A stretch of DNA of 59,191 nt, the filler included, from Circinaria calcarea (Eukaryota), in NCBI GenBank assembly GCA_051942165.1. It is 5 parts of 5 records of this genome, joined end to end, with 100 filler letters (N's around TTAATTAATTAA, not from the genome) between each part and the next. Parts side by side here need not be neighbours in the genome. Positions count along the whole stretch, not along the records: positions 23,739 to 35,496 come from JAVECS010000649.1; positions 35,597 to 47,345 come from JAVECS010000650.1; positions 47,446 to 59,191 come from JAVECS010000651.1; 2 more parts are not named here. One strand, given 5' to 3'. The number at the start of each line of letters is the position of its first letter. The first letter of the stretch is position 1. A program made the translations under genes and the position numbers. The notes under the pieces are model-generated. The model was not told where the DNA came from. It was given only the letters and a program-made list of their open reading frames with translations, and did not search any database. Positions 34,759 through 47,447 of this stretch are shown piece by piece.

Positions 34759-35496
34759 ATGGTTACAATCACAGGGTATACTGTACGGGATGTCAGGTTT
34801 CCTGTAAGCTCTGTATACTTATATCCTTTGGAGAACATGACTAATATAGGCAGACATCCCTTGACAAGACTGGCTCGGATGCTATGAACACTGCTGGAGA
34901 CTACTCGTCGGCCTACTGCATTCTAGAAACAGACTCAAAGTACACTGGACATGGCATGGTAAGAGGTATCAAAGTGATGGTTGAATGGAGCTACTAAGAG
35001 TATGCCAGACTTTCACAATTGGACGTGGTAACGAGGTTGTCTGCGCTGCCATCCCAACCCTCGCGGAGAGAATCAAGGGGAAGGCTCTTGAGAATCTAAT
35101 CAAAGATTGGGGCAAAACATGGAGGTACCTCGTATCGGATAGCCAGCTGCGGTGGATCGGGCCGGAGAAGGGTGTCATCCATCTAGCTCTTGGAGCGGTG
35201 GTAAACGCCATCTGGGATCTATGGGCGAAAACATTGGGGAAGCCCGTGTGGCGCATCGTTGCCGAAATGACACCGGAAGAGTTTGTTCGCTGCATCGACT
35301 TTCGGTACATTATGGATGCTATCACTCCCGACGAAGCCATTGTAATACTTAAGAGAGAGGAGGCGGGAAAGTCTAAAAGAATGGAGGATGCGGAGCAAAA
35401 TCGAGCAGTTCCGGCATATACAACAAGTGCAGGATGGCTTGGGTATAGCGAGGATAAGATGAGAGGGTTGCTGCAGGACACACTCAGCAAAGGATA
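34759..35496 (+). CDS. gaaB: L-galactonate dehydratase / L-fuconate dehydratase-like enolase-superfamily enzyme, 5' fragment
   Basis: MVTITGYTVRDVRFP|TSLDKTGSDAMNTAGDYSSAYCILETD...GHGM|TFTIGRGNEVVC...SDSQLRWIGPEKGVIHLA...PAYTTSAGWLGY; two GTAAG introns; cut by contig end. Confidence 0.88.
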
Positions 35497-35596
35497 NNNN
35501 NNNNNNNNNNNNNNNNNNNNNNNNNNNNNNNNNNNNNNNNTTAATTAATTAANNNNNNNNNNNNNNNNNNNNNNNNNNNNNNNNNNNNNNNNNNNN
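35497..35596. other. Artificial contig spacer
   Basis: N44-TTAATTAATTAA-N44. Confidence 0.99.
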
Positions 35597-35923
35597 AAAG
35601 TATATTAAGCGTAAGTTTTGAAGCTGAAAACGTCAAGTGTAAAAAGGGGGGATTATATGCGACAGCAGGAAGGAAGGGAAAGGAGGGGGTTAGGTAGGTA
35701 GGGGGGTTTATATTGATGGCTATTAAACACGATTTCCTCTAATCACGATACCCTCTTTAGAGAATCGCATATGTATAACCTTACTCTGGAGTGTTTGGTC
35801 CAGGGTCTGATTTTCCCCCTTGGACGTAGCTAAATCTTGGTTATTTCCCCGTTTCCAATCATCCTCTGACCGCCCACTTGGCCCCTAAACCAACGCAGGC
35901 AGATGAACAAGGCGAAACCCTCA

Positions 35924-37562
35924 CTATTGTCTTCGCTCTTTTGTCTTGATCTTCTTCTGGACACGCTCCGCCCGCTCTTCCGCGGTGAGGATCTTGACGG
36001 CATCTTTGGTGTAGAGGTAGCTAGCTCCGCTCCAGACGGTCGTGGCGGCGACGAGGTACCTGTTTTGGAAGGTCAAATGGAGTGAAAACGGAGGGTCGAG
36101 GAAAGACGGTTGGTAGGAAAGAATGTGGTTAATTAAGGTTTCAAGTGCAATATGACTCGGGATTGTGAGTGACTTTTGAAGATGAAGATGAGGCTGTTCT
36201 AGTAAGAATCTAAACTTTCCAAGGACTCACTGCATTCCCACTAATCCCTCCGCCCACCCGTACGATCCCATCAACGGCATTCCTACCGTCCATCCGATCA
36301 ATCCTAACTGCAGTGCGGTGTTGACTTTGCTGATGCCTGTTGGATGGACTTCTGCGCTGGGAAGGGAGAAGTCCCAATAGCGGGAAAAGGTTTTTGGCGG
36401 CGGGAGGGAGATATAACGGTAGTAGATTGCTGAGAGGCCCAGGAGGACGTCCCTACCCAGGATTATGACTGCGAGCCAGACTGATAAGCTCCGAGGTTAG
36501 CACTGCGCTAATTAAGACAGCAGTTTGGGAATGTGTTAGATTTAGAAACAAAAGTGAGGGGCTGATCACGACGAACGAGACTGCGACTCTCGAAGGATCC
36601 ACTTTACAGATCCAAAAATGGGTGTCGTCACCAGCAGCCCTAATCTATCAAAGAACAAGAATCACACATACCTGGCATCGCCCCTTTCCACGCCAAGCAT
36701 GTAGTCAAAACTGTCATCAGAGTCTTATCCGCCATCGGGTCAATCACCGTCCCCACAACCGTCTGCAGCTTCCATTTCCTCGCAATCCATCCGTCTACCA
36801 GATCGGTGATACCAGCGTAGGCAAAAAGTCCGACGGCCCAGGCGTGCTGGTCGTGGAGAACGAGGTATCCGATTAGTGGAGAAGCGAGAAGACGAGAGAA
36901 GGTGAGGACGTTAGGGATCGTATAAATGTTCTCATGAGGGGTGAGGGAGAGAAGACGGGTCTTGAGGGTAGGTTTGGGGGGACGGGGGCTGTAAGGGCAT
37001 CAGTTTGAGTGGGAAGGTAAACAGACTGAAAGATGGTATGAAAAACATGCTCGACGGATGCACAGATTTGGTGACCAACAGCACTAGCAAGACAACGAAA
37101 CCGTAAAGTTGAGATGATGAGTCCAAACAACTCGGACTCTGAACGAAGGTAGTCGTGATTCATGAGTGCAGGAATCCACACCAACGAGCGCAGCAAATAC
37201 AGCCCAGCATCCCAATGGCTTTTCCCTACCTGTTCCCCTCCCCAACCCCTTTCCAAGGTTGTGAAGACGTACATCGTATCCCCTCCCAGATAACTAGACG
37301 CGTGCTGTTCCCGTACCTATCAGCTTCGACGGTCCGTGAACGCATACCGTCTCTCGGAACAGCATCCTCACCTCCCCGTCCTATCCCAAGCGAATCCTTT
37401 GGGCCAAGTCGGACTGTTAACCCCTACCCTGGGATGATTCGACCATCGTCTGATCGGAGAGGTGGCGACAAATCTCCTCAAGACGCCGGCTGTGATCGGA
37501 TGTTGATGGGATTGAATGTGGCGGCCGGATGACGGCAAATACCGAAGCACCACCGCTGCCAT
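35924..37562 (-). CDS. CRD1: Cardiolipin synthase (CDP-alcohol phosphatidyltransferase); core exons absent from the ORF track
   Basis: Manual translation: HENIYTIPNVLTFSRL...TDLVDGWIARKW...GTVIDPMADK...|WLAVIILGRDV...YWDFSLPSAEVHPTGISKVNTALQ...|YLVAATTVWSGASY. Mitochondrial-presequence-like first exon from ATG 37562; the 5' exons are less certain. Confidence 0.9.
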
Positions 37563-39202
37563 TGCATTGTGTCGTGCGGTTGGTATTCGCTCAGCTCCGA
37601 AGTATTGCTGAACGCCTCGTCTTCATACTCCTGTCATTGTCGCACAGCAGTAGTGCCATGTCGACTTACGCCCCCGGAGTAGCGCCGGCTTTCCCCTTGG
37701 ACTAAGCTTCATGTAGCACTGCAGCTCGCCTCAGTCTCGCCGACCAGGGATCCCGGTCGAGGTCTGTTGGGATGGCCCCGGCGCTGCCTCGGAACTTGGA
37801 GTGGAATGCTTCCCGTCTGTCCGTGAGCGCCACATCCAAAAAGGCAGCGACAATTGAGTTTTGGCCGTTGGATGTTTTCAATAGTGTCGTGTCCCCGGCT
37901 GTCTTGGAATCTCCTCTAGGCCGACTTGGAGGAGAAGGGTGAGGCAAGCGTAGGAAGGTTGATACGAAAAGCTTAATTGAGTGCTGGTTTGGGATTCTTG
38001 ATTGCATGCAGGGTGGCGGGAAGGTCCAGTCTGATTCATCGGCACCATTTACCTTCTGTCAAACGTTAGTCTGCATGAACTGCAGCGGTCATCCGTAGGT
38101 AAGGTACGGTACGGTAGGTAGTTGGGATGCATCATGTGGGAACATTCAGCCCCTGTTCGGAGATGGAAGAATCGTGGAACCCATCCATACACGTGGGGAG
38201 GCGTGCCGCTCATCCAAAGGAGCCTACATCACCCGTAATCAGGAGGCATGCCACCGGGCTGATCCCGGCCAAAGACCGCTGAAGGACTGGTTACGTCTAA
38301 CTGAAGCCGCCGTTGCTCTATCTACATACATCCCGCCTGGCAACGCCATGTGTACACGTACAGGCAGTGCAACATCTCCGCCCTAGCCTTCATGCACGCC
38401 AACACTCTAGCACCCTTCGCCACTGCAATCAGAGAGAGCTTATTGCCTGGCGCCATATTCATTGCGGGTACGTAAAAAGAACATGAGATGACCGCTGCGC
38501 CATGCAATGCCGTGTACAAGTAAATTAGCTCAAGATATCCGAGTAAGCCAAGTGCATCTGTTGAAACAGTCAGACCGCCCACCGCCCATCATAGCACATC
38601 ACGTGATACCATCCCCTTCCATCTATCTACACCACACCCTGACCTGCCATTGAACGCCGTGAAGACTGCCTGCCGTGATCTGAATCCAGGGGCGGGCGGG
38701 TCCACAAGAAAACTTCTTTGTCGGAACCAAATGTCGTAGGAAAGAACGGTGAACCGCGGGCAAGTAACCGTTACCATTCCGTATCGCTTGATATTTGGTA
38801 TTGAATATCCTCAAGGATGATGGGTGAAGTCAAGAACAGGAACTGCCAATTTGATGTGCGCCATCAAAACATATAGTTAGAAAGAGATTCGTTATGTAGA
38901 TAGAAACTCCAAGCAAAAATCGAATGAACCCGCGGCCAAGTCCATGGCTTTCAATGTGTCGTCGATGTAATTATGAAGGTCCGAAGGTTGCAAAGTAGAG
39001 GTTATCGGCGTAATGTCGGGTCCCTAAGTCCAGAACGTCAAAGGCCCGACGAAAACAGAAAGCTGTTCGAAGCATACTCACTCGCAACTTTAACGGATAG
39101 ACAAACCCTACCACCTTCTTTTATTTCTGGTCGCTTCTTCAACCGCAGAACAAAGCAAGAACCAATGACCACCCCGTGGCATATTCTCATCATTGACTTC
39201 CC

Positions 39203-40609
39203 TTACTGGTGCTGTACCTGCCCGTGATAACTTTGCTGCCGTCCGCTCATAGGTGACTGCATTGCCCAATTTTGATGATCATAGTACATGTTCTCCGTCC
39301 GAGGTAAGGAATGGTGTGCATTGGCCATAGACCAATTTTGACCATTGGAATAAGCAGTCGAACCATCGTGTGATGCTGCAGGAGGAGCAGTTGGTGCATA
39401 CGCCCCAGCTCCAGTTCGCCACTGGACAGATTCAAGCGATTTACTATCCTGCATTGCCGGTGCAGAATCCATGGTCCCATTGGAATGGTGGAGCACGTCA
39501 GGCATGGACTGATGCCGGGTATCAAAGTATTGTATTTGAGTTTGAGATGACGGTCGGTCGGAAATTGAGTTGATGGAGCTATGAAAGGTACCTGACCGTG
39601 CTGCCAGAAAAGGCTTGCTGTAAGCTCCATATTCCTCTTGTTTCGAAACTGCTGGTTGAGATGCAAGTTGACTACCAGTGTAAAATCCTGTTGTTGATGG
39701 TATGGACGCAAAGCCCTGGACGCCGTGATGTAAGGGTAATGTGTTCGAATATGCCATACTGTTTGGAAAATATCCGGAAACCATGTTTTGGGCCTGGTTG
39801 ACATGTAGGCCCTGGCCTATGAGCACAGATGCTTTTCGATCGTAGGGGTTGCTCTCATAGCCGTAGTTGTTCTGGTGAAGACCGTTTGTATGCTCTTGTA
39901 CAGTATCATCTGCATCATCAAGGGGGGCCCGGAAATTCTGTCGTGTTATCAAGTCCGGGCGGGGTTCAAGGCGTGAAAGTCTTGGATCTTGCGTCGGTGG
40001 ATGTAATTCACCGTCCATGACTTCTTTGATTGTGTAGTAGGACACCAGATGATGATGTACACCATGGACATTCACGCTCATGGTCTTCTTCACAAGACCC
40101 CCTTCCTTGAATCCATACGAATCAACGAGTGATCCGATCAAAGCACGTTCACTGTCTTTGGCGTCATAGCCGCCATCAGACTTTGCACCGGGAGGATCAG
40201 GTGATGATGGGGACACGAGCCCGGAACCGTTGCTATTGCCCGTTTCCCCGCCAGGTCTGGGATACGGTTCTCCCGGCTTCGAAGGTCTTTTCTTCCTGTT
40301 GGCTCTCTTCTTTTCGCCAGGAGGGAAAGGCTTCAGCAGTTCGCGGTAGACAAGGAAGTTACCCAAGATTCGACTCGGGCTCCAAGGGACACCGTCGGTC
40401 CAGCGTTTGATGCCCGATGCATTCTCCTCGTAAATGAAGACGCTTCCGCTCCTGATGAGTGTGCTTCTCTCCCGATCATGAGGTCGTCGAGGGACGTGCT
40501 GTAGGTTGCCATTCAGACATGCCTCGAAGAGTATCAAGGCATCTCGAGTGTTAGCAACATGACCAAACCATGTCGACTGCAGAGCACCACTATTGCTGAT
40601 GGAAGCCAT
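39203..40609 (-). CDS. Gti1/Pac2 (WOPR) transcription factor, Wor1/Ryp1/Sge1 subgroup
   Basis: DALILFEACL..., RRPHDRER, SGIKRWTDGVPWSPSRILGNFLVYREL, PPGEKKRA, GSLVDSYGFKEGGLVKKTMSV, HHLVSYY. First ATG at 40609 (the ORF track start at 40696 is GTG). Confidence 0.95.
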   Translation of the reverse strand: MASISNSGALQSTWFGHVANTRDALILFEACLNGNLQHVPRRPHDRERSTLIRSGSVFIYEENASGIKRWTDGVPWSPSRILGNFLVYRELLKPFPPGEKKRANRKKRPSKPGEPYPRPGGETGNSNGSGLVSPSSPDPPGAKSDGGYDAKDSERALIGSLVDSYGFKEGGLVKKTMSVNVHGVHHHLVSYYTIKEVMDGELHPPTQDPRLSRLEPRPDLITRQNFRAPLDDADDTVQEHTNGLHQNNYGYESNPYDRKASVLIGQGLHVNQAQNMVSGYFPNSMAYSNTLPLHHGVQGFASIPSTTGFYTGSQLASQPAVSKQEEYGAYSKPFLAARSGTFHSSINSISDRPSSQTQIQYFDTRHQSMPDVLHHSNGTMDSAPAMQDSKSLESVQWRTGAGAYAPTAPPAASHDGSTAYSNGQNWSMANAHHSLPRTENMYYDHQNWAMQSPMSGRQQSYHGQVQHQ

Positions 40610-43600
40610 TTTTCGAGCTGAAGATTGCCGATGTTGGTGAGGAAAGTATGCTGATAGAGTTGCAAGAAAAGAGTTTCGGTCGCTATAAGCTGTCACAAAG
40701 CTACTTGCCTGCGGGTAGGAGGAGAACCTTATAGCAAAGCTTGACCGTGACTCGGAGGAATTTAGGGTCTAAAGCTTCTTCTCACGCTTTGTCTTGCCAA
40801 GTGGGGTCGTGAGCGGATTGCAGTGATCCTCGCAATAGAACCACGGTTACGGAAAGCTTCCCGGTCGGAGCGGGGGAAATGAAATAAATGCTGTGATGTC
40901 TGTGTGGGGGAATGATGGTCAATCAAAAGGTTATATAGCTTGTGCTCAGGCAAGGGATGGCCGTATGCTAGATGGACAAGTGCTAGATGGACAAGAGCGG
41001 CTGCGGCTTGACCTGACAGCTGCTGTGCCCGGCAAGTCGACGTCCACAATGACACTCGCTCGAACTCAATCAAAGTCGCCGGCAGCACGTATCTGCAGGA
41101 TCCAAGGCCCACAGAGGTAGCGGGAGCTGCGAAAGTGGTCGAGACAGTCTCCCCGCGCGCAAGTGCCCGAAACGGAAGGGTCGTCTCGCGGACGGTCCAA
41201 TTGCGTGCAGGCTAAGGAGGCCGAGCAAAGCAGTCAGGACTTGCTTAGATGAGGGACCAGCCAGGCCATGGCAGGCAAGGACTACGGATGCGGTGGGTGG
41301 ACCGAGGGGCGAAATTTGATGGCGGTGGCCGTTGCGCAGGATGAAGCGCTGGTTGAGAGCGACGGTTCCAAATAGGCTTACGGTGAGATAGAGTATTGAA
41401 TGATCGACTATCTGACGAAGCCAACCGAAAGTTAGAATCCGCTCGCAATCAATCGGAAACTTTATTGCAGTTTCCGCGATCTTTCCCAAAGATAGACCAC
41501 ACAGCAATTAGAGGAACCGGGGCAAAATGGGGAAAAGCTCGGCTTGGCTGGGGCCCGATTATGGAATTTAGGAGCAAGCAACGACCATGGCCGGCAGGGG
41601 GCAGAGGTGACTAAGGATCGTCAGCCAGAGAGACGAGGGAGCGTGTGTGTGTGTGTGTGCGCGCGAGGGACAAAGAGCAAAGTGGGGAGTGGGGAGGGGG
41701 AAGTGGGGATTATAGAGTGGAGGGTTGAGTTCCATGTGCAGACCATGGATGAGAGATGTGCTCGACCAGCTAAGCTGAATCGAAGGCAAGTAGCGCAACC
41801 ATTGGGGCGCGAGAGTGGTAGAGATGCGAGGTCAAGCTCCATGAGCAGATCCGGCGGCCTGACTGGCCATTATTGGTCCATCTACCTGTTGGGTCGCGGG
41901 CATGCATGTCTATCGTCCCAAGCCGGTGAATTGCTTCGTTGCAACGACGAGCTTCCCGCTTATGCTTCTTAGACGGGGACGACGAGGGAACGACGGTGCT
42001 TGCCGGCATTGCAGCCAGCCACGCATGCTGCAGGAGCTGGATGCAGTAATCGTGAAGGAATAAATAACCCGAGAGATTTGAAGCAGGAACACCTGATGGT
42101 TGGTGCCCATCCGGTGGAAAGCGGATCATGTGGAGATAAATGCATCGGGAGGTGCGAGGGGTTGAACTCACTTCGATCGACGGTGTCTGTGTAACAACGT
42201 CTTTGTCCCCCGGCGCAACCATGAACGACACGTGGATCCTCCCACTGTACGCCGGTCAGGTAGAAACTGGAATATCGAATGATATAATCGGCGTCATGTC
42301 ATGCAGGTCTCGTGCGCGGGATACAGGACGAGGACTTAATCTGTCAACGGAGACGGCACCACGATGCGCAGGCGGAGATGAGAAGACATGTCGACACGAC
42401 GATAGAGTCATGCACGGCTCTTGCTCATGGCAGTGGTCTACAGCAGTTTCCTCCCCCAGATGAGCCTTGGTGGGAGCTTGCCCTATGCATCCAAATGCCT
42501 ATGTACTATGGGATGCTCTTGTTTAGTCGGTTCGCTCCATCTGCTACCTTATTCGATAACAATAATGATAATTAATAATCTTCTCGTCATGACTTTCCCC
42601 AGTCCAACCGTTCGGCAGGGTGGCCGTGCTTCTACATTTAGCCCGCGTCGGCATCGTTACTGCTCGACCCAACGGCAGATACGATCCAATCTTTGCCACC
42701 ACGCCTGCGAGGTACTGTCATCCATGTGGGCTCACGATAATAACAATATTGGATAATCGGCAATGCAGCGCTTACTGCCCACTGTCGATTTGGTCCCTCC
42801 TCCTCTCCGTCTGCCAAGATTTCCTCTGTTGTCTCTGACAATTGGGGTGGTACTGGGAAGCCAGGTGCTTTCTCCCAGCCAAACAGGTGTAAGTCGCGCG
42901 ATTGACCATAGTCGCACTGGGAGCATGTGAAGTGCTCTGAGGGCAACTCGTCCCTCGAGTGCAGACGGGTTTGCAAGATCACCGATCTTTTCGACGCAAG
43001 GTACATCGTCTTCTCCGGGAGTAGATCCAAGTACCGGTCGATCATGTCGAGCTTAGGGGTTAGGGGTATGAAACCCCCCAGGAAGTAGCGCTTGGCACCC
43101 GTCCGGTTCGGCAGCAGTTGTAGGCATGACTGCGGCCAATAACTGGAGATGCGACCTCGACCAGCTGATCGGTGACGAGCAGATATGCGGACAGCGTCGT
43201 TCGAAGAGGCCGATGCATTTGGAAGCCGAGCTGATTCGAACGTGCGAGGCTGGCGCCACCACATCCGGAAGCCAGACTCGGGGACTCCCTGGCGTTACCT
43301 CGTCCTCCGCCCAAAGCGACGCATTGGAAGCGTGGAGGGGTCGATTTGGGGGTGATTCTTTCGGACGAGGCGTGCAGGCCAGATCCTGTGGGCTGGAGCT
43401 AGCCTGGCAGCCTACTGCCCGAGCTCTGCAGGGTAACGATATCTTAGGCCGCCCGCTGTAAACCTGTATAACAGCTCCGCCCTACTCCACCCTGGCCACC
43501 TAGCTCGGTTTGAGGGCGACAAAAATGCCCAGATGCCGTCGGGATGATGGGGTGCGAAACAAGCTCCTACCCCCCTTGTTCGAGACAGAGTGGAAAGCCG

Positions 43601-44733
43601 TTGAGACGGTGAAGTCATCGGGTGATCGACTCATCGATATTGCTTGGGCAGCACTAGCCCGCAGACAAGACCCCGGTCCATGAGATTATCACGTTATCCG
43701 TCCAAGACGAGGCAAGTCAGAGGCCGGGGTAAGGTAGCTGATACATAGACGCAGGTCCATACTTCACCCTTTTTTCTACGGCCCCGTTGATCTCCAGCCA
43801 TGCCATCCTTCGCAGCCACCACGTGAGCATCTCAGCCAGTACCGACATAGAGTAAAATACGGCAGGCGGAGGAGAAGCGTCGGTTCCCCTTGGTACGTCA
43901 CTAGGTCGGCACATTGATAACGACGGAGGCATCTCCGGACGGACGCCAGTTGTACCCCGAGTAAGGTACCTTACCTCTCCTCACCAAAGGCGCCTACGTA
44001 CGATCGGTGGGGGCATGGAGAAAATTGCGGCCATCTGCAGGCTAGGGGAGCGTGGAAGAGAATACGGTCACTAATCCCAAGCTACCGTTGGTCTGTATGC
44101 AACGGCTCAGCAGTGTGCATAAAACCGGTTTCTTAAGAAAATCAAAACGGCCGGCAAAAGAAACGCTCCTCGTCTGGGGACACAAGAAATGGAGGTAGGA
44201 TCATGTCATGATAGCTGCATGTCCACTCCTTTGACTTTGCTTTTCCGGAGTACAAACGAAAACGTGCGGATAGGAAACTGCGCCAGCCAAAGTCAATATG
44301 CGCACGCGCGTCGCCAAAATCAGCAGTCAAAGAAGACCAAGCCGTGGCGCTGTCCCGTAGTAGTTTAGAGACTCCACCTTCCCCACCATAGTGCTCAGAC
44401 CCCAAGCTGGACTATGCAACCGGAACGGAAGCGCCTACACACTATCAACAAATGGATCATCTACGGAGGGCGGCCAAGGAGAGGCAAATGCATTTCCAAG
44501 TGCTTACGCTAGAGATGCCTACCCTCGTCAGGTGTAAGCGTCTTAGGATCGGAATCAACACTGATGCTAGAATATTAATGACTCGTGTTACAAGCCTTGA
44601 ATGGAATATATGCCCTGCTGCTGTTACTGACCAATGATAGGCGCTCGGTCATTGGTGGAAGTGGCCATCCCATAACGTGAGGCCGTCGAGTGGATGGACT
44701 CAATATAGTGCGTAATGAACTATGGTGGTACAA

Positions 44734-46609
44734 TCACTGCTCCGCATAGAACCACGGTTTGCGACTGCCAAATTCCTCGCCTGGATATTGCATAGGTACC
44801 GGAACTGCCGACTCGAAACTGTCCAAAGTCCTAGGGAGTGGAGTCGTTGCTGAGGACGACTGAACCTGATTGAGTGGCACAATCACACCGCATTCCCAGT
44901 TACGACAGTTCAGCTTTGGTGCTTTTGTCGCCTTCTCTTTGACAAGCTTGCCCCAAGCACTTTCAGAACAGTTCGCTGATCCAACATATACCCAAGAACG
45001 AGTCCTCGAAGGGTTACTCGGTGCCTTTGGTTGCACAAAGAGTAGCTTTTACAAATTGTTAGCACCTGCTATTCGATGTGTACCAGAATGTCCAGACCTT
45101 GTTGTGCATCAGCAGGCCCTCCCTACGGCTCTTACAGTCCCGTAACACTCGTTGTGGAAATGCCGCCGCGTTGTACCATCTTGAAGAAAAGCATATTGGA
45201 CCTCCGCAACCAACTCCCCCTCGTGATCTTTCGACAGTCTCCTGAGATGGGAAGAATATTCTGAAATTCTCCTCGAGCCGTTCAAAGAAGCCGTCCGGGA
45301 CCACTGCAGGTACCAGACTTGACCCGAGACTTCTCTTATTACTTTGTGACTTCGGTGGGGCACTGGTGCGCCACTCGTACTCCTTCAGACCGTCGTCACC
45401 TTGCGCAGCTAAGTACAGCATCGCTAGAAAACCTCGATTGACAGCGCCGATAGAAGAAGTAACCATGTCCACATAGATTTCTTGATCGTTGCTCAGTCCA
45501 AGCTCCCGAACAGCTCGTCCGAGACCGCAGTACCCAGTACGACGCCATGGAGCCGTATCTCCACCGTGAGCACCACCGATGGTATGGACGAAAGCATAGT
45601 CCTTGGTGGCAGTGAAATCGAAATTATAGACACTACCTATAATTTCTTGCTGGAGACCCATGGCTAGAAGAAAGTGAATCAGCTCTCTTCCGAAGAAAGT
45701 CATGTCTTCCGCTGTGGTGCTTCGATTTCCTTCGAGGCGAGGCAGGTCGATAATAAAGACCATGTTTTCCATTACGCCAGTTTCCCCCCAATCATAAGGG
45801 ACGAGATTGGCAGAAGGTACGACAATTCTAAGGTAAGTTGGATGAGCGAGCAGCATAAGCTTTGAATGCATGCAATTGACTTGACCCTCCATTGATGGAA
45901 AACAAAGACGTAAATTAGGCATGCTCGCCGTCTCCCGTTCATACTGTTCCCTAGTCGACTGTTCCTTTGCTTGCATAACAAATATCATTTTGGTGTTTGC
46001 TGCGTTGAGCTTCCCCAGGACCCATTCGACATCCCACTGAAAGGAGCTGAGCACGGCCAAGTTAAGGTCGTTCCGTTCAAATACCTCCTCTATCTTGATG
46101 TCTTCATGTCGCGGGAATCCATAAGCCCAAGATTTCCTGACTATGCCATTCGGATATTTTGGTCCTTGAGTAGAAGACTCTATGTGCGGCATAGAAATTG
46201 AGGCTCTTTCGGAACCTTCTAAAGTCTTTGGCACCATGGACGTAGGCGAGTCTTTCACGAGCCCAGGAGCTTCCATACCAGGGCAATGTTTTCCGCGATG
46301 TCTGCGTGGCGGAGGTGAGGCCGATGCCTTTCGCTTACGTGCTAGTCTCTCTGCCTCCATTGCTCTACGATCCAGTCCAACGATTCCATGAGCCCTTTCC
46401 GGAAGCTTCACGACTGACACCGGGTGAGCCATCAGCTTGGCAGTCGAGGTTACGCCGTCATCGTCGCTTGAGTTGATGTCGATAATCTCTTTTGGTGTCT
46501 CAGGTCTCATGCTCTGTATGCCAGTGTTGACTGCAGGTTGATCCTGCAATGAGAGAGCAATAGCAAGTTTCAGCTGCTCTTCCTCATCATCATTATTCCT
46601 CTCGGCCAT
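44734..46609 (-). CDS. TDP1: Tyrosyl-DNA phosphodiesterase (PLD superfamily) with N-terminal UIM
   Basis: Catalytic motifs CMHSKLMLL...SANL and LMHNK|LLFV...WVYVGSANCSESAWG...RNWECGV; UIM DEEEQLKLAIALSLQD; intron 45046-45097. Confidence 0.92.
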
Positions 46610-47345
46610 GATAAATTGCAAAATCAGCTAGGTGCAATGCACATTATAAAATCGTAAAATGAGATTGGTGTTGATGATGAGAACAGATTCAGTTCGGTTT
46701 CACAAGAAACGATAACCACTCTGTCGGAAAGTTCGTACAGCCAAATAACTATTTAGTGCTTGACTCGTTTGGAATAAATTCTTCGGATAGTCAGAATGAA
46801 GATTGATTTCGGATAAAGCAGGACTGATCTTGTAATTAATCTACCGAAACCACAATATAAGGTGTAAAAAGGCAAGCTTAGCTAAAGGCGGTTAGCTCGG
46901 GCAGCTGAATGAATATATCCGAATAAGCATTCCAAATTCAAACACATCTCTGGTGCCTATTGTTATCGCATTTGACTGACCCTGGCGAGGCGGATAATGA
47001 CTAAGATCCAAATCGTGACGACCGAATAGATTTCTTCCCCCTAAGACCCTGCGTCTTCAGGCGACCTCGAGTAAGCGTGACTCCGAAGGTATGCGCAACC
47101 ACCGTGTTCACCTACTATCTTACAGCGACGATGGCCTACAACACTCCCCTCGAAGATCAATCACTGGAATCATGAACATGCCAAACAGGTATACAGGGCG
47201 GGCACCGCCATGCCTTGGGGTCCAAAGGGACTGTGCTCCTTTCTACTCCACTCGTCTTGTACCTATAAGTGTGAGACTTGAGTATCTATTTACCCTTCGA
47301 GTTGGGGTTGAACAAGTTGGTAGGGGAAGGCGATTCTTACGCGTC

Positions 47346-47445
47346 NNNNNNNNNNNNNNNNNNNNNNNNNNNNNNNNNNNNNNNNNNNNTTAATTAATTA
47401 ANNNNNNNNNNNNNNNNNNNNNNNNNNNNNNNNNNNNNNNNNNNN
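47346..47445. other. Artificial contig spacer
   Basis: N44-TTAATTAATTAA-N44. Confidence 0.99.
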
Positions 47446-47447
47446 AC

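Noticed and set aside
37095..37150. Hammerhead ribozyme or box C/D snoRNA (ATGATGA-GTCC..GGAC-TCTGA)
   Set aside because: Lacks the CUGAUGA...GAAA hammerhead core in order. The C-D span is only ~30 nt and is antisense to the CRD1 intron.
41070..44637. Many 60-208 aa ORFs upstream of the WOPR gene
   Set aside because: Overlapping on both strands, with no motifs, consistent codon bias or splice model; expected in GC-rich non-coding DNA.
13685..46609. Wss1-like protease and TDP1 together as a DNA-protein crosslink repair cluster
   Set aside because: They are on different contigs; co-occurrence is a concatenation artefact.
11773..47445. Recurring TTAATTAATTAA motif about every 11.8 kb
   Set aside because: Always centred in 100-nt N runs; an artificial linker between length-sorted contigs.
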